Below, in pieces: positions 47,405 through 64,000 of a DNA stretch of 64,000 nucleotides (position 1 is its first letter; each line of letters starts with the position of its first letter). The notes under the pieces are model-generated. The model had not been told where the DNA came from. It worked only from the letters and a program-made list of their open reading frames with translations, and searched no databases. The position numbers and the translations under genes are program-made. The DNA is from the human T2T-CHM13v2.0 reference genome, Homo sapiens: the NCBI RefSeq assembly GCF_009914755.1, contig NC_060927.1; one strand, given 5' to 3'.

Positions 47405-48190
47405 ATATGCACCCCAAAAATCTGAGGTCTCAGTTAATTCAGAAAGTTTATTTTGCCAAGGTTGAGGATGCACGCCTGTGATACAGCCTCAGGAGGTCCT
47501 GACAACATGTGCCTAAGGTGGTAGGGACACAGCTTGGTTTCATACATTTTAGAGAGACATGAGACATGAATCAATATGTGCAAGATGTACATTGGTCCAG
47601 TCTGGAAAGGCGGGACAACTCCAGGTGAAGGTGAAGGTGAGACAACTCGAAGCGGAGAGGGGGCTTCCAGGTCATAGGTAGTTAAGAGACAAATGGTTGC
47701 ATTCTTTTGAGTTCCTGATTAGCCTCTCCAAATGAGGCAATCAGATATACATTTATCTCAGTGAGCAAAGGGGTGACTGAATAGAATGGGAGGCAGGTTT
47801 GCCCTAAGCAGTTCCCAGCTTGACTTTTCTCTTTAGCTAGTAACTTTTTTTTTTTTTTTTTTGGGACAGTGTCTCACTCTGTTGCCCAGGCTGGAGTGCA
47901 GTGGTGCGATCTCAGCTCACTGCAACCTCCAACTCCAGGGTTCAAGCAATTTTCCCTGCCTCAGCCTCCCGAGTAGCTGGGATTACAGGCGCCTGCCACC
48001 ACACCTGGCTTATTTTCATATTTTTTAGTAGAGATGGGGGTTTCATCATGTTGGCCAGGCTGGTCTTGAACTCCTGACCTCAGGTGATCTGCCCGCCTCA
48101 GCTTCCCAAAGTGCTGGGATTACAGGAGTGAGCCACTGAGCCCGGCCTAGCTTACTGATCTTGGGGGCCCAAGGTTTATTTTCCTTTCAC
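47405..48190 (-). mobile_element. MER4A-type solo LTR interrupted by an Alu (47845-48146), within an MLT1-like remnant
   Basis: Minus strand GTGAAAGGAAAATAAACCTTGGG...AAGTCAAGCTGGGAACTGCTTAGGGCAAACCTGCCTCCC...TTGGCAAAATAAACTTTC. Confidence 0.85.
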
Positions 48191-48641
48191 GGCTAGAAAT
48201 TGGTCACCATCACTTTGGCAGCATTCCACTGGCCAAAGCAAGTCATAAACAGCCCAGATTCATGTAGAGGAATATAAACTCTACCTCTTAAAGGAAAGAT
48301 TGGTTCAATTACACTGCACAAGCGTTTGCAGAAAGTTGTACCCATCTTCGGAAACTACCACACACACACACACACACACACACCTTTACATGTAACCCTC
48401 CCTTGAGGTGCATCTACTTCCAGGCAGAACCTAAACTTGACAGTACTCGACAGAAGGAAAGTAGTGTACTAAATGCCAGTTCTATTCTTACTCAACTTCA
48501 GCCTCATTATAAGCAGATTCTAACACAGTTTCTGTGTCTTGAGAAACATTGTAATTAATCTTTGGAATTTAAGAATTTGAATTCATAGCAGTAGCCTGTG
48601 CATAGGAAATATGCATATGGTAAGTTTTTCCTTTCTAATAA

Positions 48642-48920
<279 letters not shown>

Positions 48921-49521
48921 GCTCACGTACACTGTAACTGTATATTGAAAGTTTCTTTTTTTAACAATTAACAGGTTTAACAGAATATATCCCCTAATCT
49001 ATTCCTTTCACTGCAGACATCTATTGCCTTTTCAGCCTAGCAGCCCTCCCCTCTATGGAGACTCACACTTCCTACTCCAGTCACGGGGCTCTCATGGGGG
49101 CTGCCATGTTCTCACATGACTCCACCCCTCTGGCCTCAGTTGATTGGTCCAGGGATGAACATCTGGCCTAAATTGGCCAATCAGAATTCTTCCCTTGAAT
49201 ATTTTTCCAAACTGGAACCAGAACAAGTTAATCATTCTCTGTGATGACAGGAACTGTGTGTAGTGAGAAATACAGGAGCTTTTGTGGCCACATATCTCAC
49301 CTTATGGAGAAAAGGCTTGAGTAAGAAGAAATTAAGCCAGTATGCAGACAAAGCTAGAGACAGAGATAGAGAGACAGCTCTGAGGTGTCTCCACCCAGAG
49401 ATTGAAAGAGAGATCTTGTGGTAGGCCCCTTGGTATTTATCAATCTAGTCCATGCTTGCTACTGCATACAACCAAGACTTTCACTTGAGAGTTTTTTCAA
49501 AGTCAGGCAGGGAATATGTCA

Positions 49522-49835
<314 letters not shown>

Positions 49836-50455
49836 AGCCAGAGAGTTGATGCCCTGGGACCAGTCCTCAGCCAGTGACGGATGGGAGCCAGGCTATAAAT
49901 GCTTCAATATTTCCCCCCCTGGATGGAACAACTTTGAAATGTATTCCACATCACTTCCCAGAGGTCCCCAGTGGGGTCAAATCCTAGTTGCCTGGAGTGG
50001 TAAGCTGCTCACTGAAGCCTCCTGTGTGGCCTCCTGCCTTGTCATGAATCAGTTCCTCACTCCCCTATTGGTGTTCCCTGGAATCATCTCCTAAATAATC
50101 CACTTGCAATCCTGTCCCTCTTTCAGGATCTGCTTGGGGTTGGGGTTGGGGAGTGCAGACCAAAACATGATCCCTTTTCCACTCCACACTAGTAAGATGA
50201 GTTTCTGTCACTGGCAACCAAGAGTCTGACTATTACCTCCTTCTGAGATAATTTCTAAAATGTATTTGGGAATTTCCCCACCTCCATCCCACTGCGTATG
50301 TCATCAATCTGTAGATTTCTTAACAAAGTTTAATGGTATTCTTTGATCAGCCTCAAGTTTCACAAAGCACACTGCACTTTCATAAGGGATCCCCATGACT
50401 GACAGATCAGCCATTCAAAAGAAGGGAAGTGTCAGAGATGGCTCTGCTAGACTCA

Positions 50456-51106
<651 letters not shown>

Positions 51107-52764
51107 TCACTTTGGGGATGTTTTAATGGTCATGGTAGATGGTTGCCTGACTGCTGGCTGTTTCTACTGTGTTTCAGGAATATAGAGATGATGTACAAAT
51201 CACCCCTAAAATTAATTAGTATGCAATTCTCAAAGAGCCAAACTCTACCCCAAAAGCTACTGGAATGAAAAAAAAAAAAAGAGTTTTAATTCTCAAAGAG
51301 ACAAACTAGATAGTAAAAGCATTTATGTTCCCTTGGAGAATCTTCCCAACCATGGACTCAAAGTGGTCTCCAGACCAGGGAATGCCTTGGGCCTTGGACA
51401 TTCCCAATTCTGGTATCACCTTCCATTCTCCTTTAGGTCCAGTTTTCTCAGAGGAGCATGCATTGTTCATTGCCACCAAGGGTATCCAAGGGCACAAACT
51501 GAAGATAATAGTGCTTTATTGTCTCTCAGTCATCTGTCTCTCCCACATGCTGGAAGGAGAGCCAAGTCCAATTTATCCAATTACAAAGTAGCAACATTGG
51601 CATCATGAGATCAGCTAACAAAACTTTCAGAGGCAATCTATCTTCCTACCAAAAGTAACTAACATCTGTGGAGCACTTACCATGGCTAAGGGTCAACGTA
51701 AGTGGTTTGCATGCTGCATGTGTCAGGATGGACTAGGTTATGCTACAGTAACAAATTAACCCCAGAGTCTCAGCAGCTTAGCAACCAAGGTTGATTTCTT
51801 ACATTCCATGTCCACAATGGGTTGGCTGGGTATGGTGTGCTCCATATGGCCACTCAAAGACCTAGAATAATGGAAATTCTACCATCTTAATGCAGGGATT
51901 CTCCCATAGTTACTGCACCAGGAGATGAGAGGATGAGATAGTTATTCCCAAGCCCTCAAAAGCTGTAGACTAGAGGTGATGTCAGTGACTTCCACTTATA
52001 GAGCATTGGACCCTGGCATGGATCCATCTAACTACTGGGGGTCTGGGGAATATGGGGAGCACATGGAAATCCCATGAGCAGTAACCATTCCTGCCAGCAT
52101 GCATTATTTCATCTGAACCTCACAACCCCATGGAATATAGAACAGAGGCTTGGAGAGTTATGGGACCTGCCCCAAGGCATCAGAGATAATGAGATGCAGA
52201 GCTGAGATATGACCCTCAGCCTGGCAGGATTCAAACCACTATGCTGCATACTCATTACAAAATTCTATGAAATTCCTCATACAGCAAAACACCACACCAA
52301 GTGAAAAGAAAGCCAAGTTGTGCAAATACACAATAGAACTCCCCTGACACTTCACCTCCTCACCCACCCCACACCCCACTGAAAGAATCAACCCACACAA
52401 ATAACTGGAACGAAATTCTCAGGCAATTTCAGCAGGGGAAATGGGGTTATCTCATCTGGGTCTCACATCCGACCTCGTCAAAACAAGACCTTCCCTAAAC
52501 TTCGCCTGAACACCTGGACACACCGTCATGTCTTGCCGCTTCTTGTTACTGGAAATCCAAGGATGACATCTTTATACAACTTACAGGTCTTTCTATAAGT
52601 GCCAAGATAAATGTCATCCCTGTACCTGCATATCATTCAGAGGTAGGCAAGCTTCTATGTAAAGTGCTAGATAGTAACTATTATCAGCTTTGCAGGACAC
52701 ATCTGATCTCCATCCTATATACTTTTTTTTGTTTTACAACTTTTTTTTCTTTTTAGATAGTGTC

Positions 52765-53114
52765 TAAAAAGAAAATAAAACTTATCCATGCTGTGATATG
52801 GATGAACGTTAAAAACATGCTCAGTGAAAGAAGCAGACATGAAAAGTCATATATTGTACAATTCCATTTATATGCAATGTTCAGACTAAGCCAATCGACA
52901 GAGATAGAAAGTAGATGAGAGGTTTCCAGGGGCTGCAGGAGGGGGTATGCAGAGTGACTGCTGAATGGATATGAGGCTTCCAATTGAGGTGTTGAAAAAG
53001 CCCTGAAACTAGGTAGTGGTGATAATTGCACAACATGATTAATGTACAAAATGTCACTGAATTGTACACTTTCCGATGCACAAAATGGTAAATGTTGCAT
53101 ATATTATACCACAA

Positions 53115-53118
<4 letters not shown>
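52765..53118 (+). mobile_element. L1MB-type 3' end
   Basis: ATGGATGAAC...AAAACATGCTCAGTGAAAGAAGC...CACTGAATTGTACACTT. Confidence 0.75.
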
Positions 53119-54352
<1,234 letters not shown>

Positions 54353-54672
54353 TAATTTTTTTATTGTGGTAAAATACATACAAAATCTATTATTTTAGCC
54401 ATTTTCAAAGGAAAAATTCAGTGGTGTTAAGTGCATCCACCACATTGTACAGCCATGTCCCCCATCCATCTCCAGAACGCTTTCATCCTGTCCTGCAAAT
54501 ATGCTGCACCTTGCTACACTCCGGGTTGTTTGTCCCACAACAGAGCTGGGCTGAATTATTAATGTGGACGTTGTTCAACAACGGATTAAAGAGGGATCTC
54601 TGTGAGGACGTTGTTCAACAACGGATTAAAGCCCACGATCTCTGTGAGGAGTGCATGACAGGTGCTCGTGGG

Positions 54673-54912
54673 ATGACAGGGTTCGGGGCCCTCCAGCTGC
54701 TGCCGCCTGTCCTACTGAGTAGCCACCCCGTCCCAGGGAGGAAGAGCACTCACAGCTGCTGCTGATCTCCTTCCAGGGCTTCCGCTGGGACTAGGATCAG
54801 GATGTGGACACCCCCAATCTGGACCGTCTAGCCGGGGAGGGCGTCAAGGCCAGGTACCTCATGCCACCCTTTGTCACGATGACCTCCCGGTCCCGCTTCA
54901 CCGCCATCCCGG
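54673..54912 (+). pseudogene. ENPP7: Exon 1 of an unprocessed ENPP7-like (alkaline sphingomyelinase family) pseudogene
   Basis: Signal-peptide-like MTGFGALQLLPPVLLSSHPVP, frameshift, then QLLLISFQGFRWD*DQDVDTPNLDRLAGEGVKARYLMPPFVTMTSRSRFTAIPG; TAG at 54792-54794; phase-1 donor G|GTAAGC at 54912/54913. Confidence 0.92.
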
Positions 54913-55021
54913 GTAAGCGCCACTCTGCCCATTTCACCCGGTGCCCATCAAAGCCCCAGCGTCCGTCATTCCTGGAATAAGAAGCAGAGCTCGGTCAGCT
55001 CTAGGGAGGCTGAGGCGGCTC

Positions 55022-55654
<633 letters not shown>

Positions 55655-56334
55655 TTAAAATCACTTTTAAAGAATTGTATAAAAATAATAAAATATTAAC
55701 ATTTACAGAGCTCAGTTAGATGACGTGACTCATACCCTCCAATGGTGTCCTGGTTTTCTTAAATGAGAATTCAAATGTCTTTCTGTGGCCCAAAAGATCC
55801 CACACAGCCTGGCCCCTGGCCCATCTTCTGCCAGCCTCTCTCATCTCTCTCCCTCTCCTTCACTTCCCTCCAGATCACAAAGGCCTTTTGCCTGTGCCTT
55901 CTGCCCTGCTCCCTCCAGCCCCAGGGACTTGGCCTGTGCTAGTCCAGTCCCTCCAGCTCACTAGGAGCATGCAGTCCAGTCGGGGAGACAGACAACAGAC
56001 ACCCTAACAGGCACATACATCCCAGGACAACTCGGGAGGCACCAAGGAGGAAAACGAGTTTTCCAGGCACAGACTACAGGGGTAAACTGGCTTAAAACTA
56101 GAGAGGGAGAAAGGGGCTCTCTGAGCATGGGGCAGTTGAGCTGAAAGATATCTCAGGGGACCAGAGCAAGGAAAAGTGTTCCAGGCAGAGGGAACAGCAT
56201 GTGTGAGGTCTTTGAGACAAAGACCTGGTCATTTCAGAATCCCAGTGGCCACTAAAATAGAGGGATTCTGACCTAAAAAGGATGGAGAGGAGGCTGCTGG
56301 AAGGCAAAGGACTCTGTGTAAGAATCATAATAGT

Positions 56335-62497
<6,163 letters not shown>

Positions 62498-62908
62498 CAT
62501 TGGCTGTTGACTCCAAATATCCTGCTTCATCATCTCTCCACTCCAGAAACTTTTCACATGCTTACAAAGGGTGTTCATTTCTCCTCTAAGTATTTGCACT
62601 CCAGCCCCACCTGCAAGAAGGTGGAAGTAGGGCCTCTGCCTGGGATGGTAACTCTCAAATACAAGGCAAGACCTTTCTCTCCTCCAATATCCCCAGGACT
62701 GAAGGACTGTGCAAGTCTGCATATTGATCAAGCTTCTTCCTCCTCCCTTATCTGAAGGGACTTACTTCCTTCAAGACACTTTTCCTCTTCCCACCTAGCT
62801 CCGTGCCCCTATCCAGTCATCTTCCAACCCATCTCTCCCCACCTCCATGCCACACAAGAGGGGCTTGACCACAGCACCTGGAAGTTCCTTAAAATTGAAT
62901 GGTGTGTC

Positions 62909-63189
62909 GGGCCGGGTGCGGTGGCTCATGTCAGTAACCCCAGCACTTTGGGAGGCTGAGGCAGGCAGGTCACTTGTGGTCAGGAGATCGAGACCAGCCT
63001 GGCCAACATGGTGAAACTCCATCTCTACTAAAAATACAAAAGTTAGCTGGGTGTGGTGGTGCATGCCTGTAGTCTCAGCTACTTGGGGGCTGAGTCAAGG
63101 GAATCACTTGAACCCAGGAGGCAGAGGTTACAGTGAGCCGAGATTGCACCACTGCACTCCAGCCTGGGTGACTGAGTGAGACTCTGCCT

Positions 63190-63249
<60 letters not shown>
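62909..63249 (+). mobile_element. AluS with 59-nt pure A tail
   Basis: Dimer; A run 63191-63249; TSD AAAAT(T/C)GAATGGTGTG. Confidence 0.93.
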
Positions 63250-63251
<2 letters not shown>

Positions 63252-63291
63252 GAATGGTGTGATTAGCTTATGATTTTTAAAAAATGGAATG

Positions 63292-64000
<709 letters not shown>

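Noticed and set aside
62500-62900. Possible ENPP7-like exon 2
   Set aside because: No match to the expected Y-I-E-N-H-G-type motif in the frames I could read.

Overview
Primate (human or great-ape) genomic DNA made mostly of interspersed repeats, with no intact protein-coding gene; nearly all listed ORFs are Alu, L1, ERV or microsatellite read-through. Recognisable content: a full-length processed RPS3A pseudogene nested inside two Alus (1.5-2.4 kb); a 5'-truncated HERV-K(HML-2) provirus with LTR5 whose env is mostly replaced by about 250 bp of purine-rich non-env sequence (5.7-7.6 kb); an old minus-strand L1MA spanning about 12 kb and carrying L1PB1, THE1 and Alu insertions (8-20 kb); a processed SNRPC pseudogene (22-22.8 kb); a solo MER11 LTR; a two-LTR HERV-T/HERVS71 provirus (38.4-45.9 kb); exon 1 of an unprocessed ENPP7-like pseudogene (54.7-54.9 kb); and a full-length L1PA4-like element (56.3-62.5 kb). 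This pseudogene combination resembles the multi-chromosome OR7E/FAM86/ALG1L-type segmental duplicon, but the copy and species cannot be fixed from the sequence alone. I see no convincing new multi-gene system. The strongest signals are APOBEC3-type editing on both strands of the HERV-T provirus (G>A internally, C>T confined to the 5' LTR U3), the divergence of the ENPP7-like exon from ENPP7 itself, and the env-replacement segment in HML-2. Subfamily names come from recalled consensus sequences and repeat boundaries are approximate.
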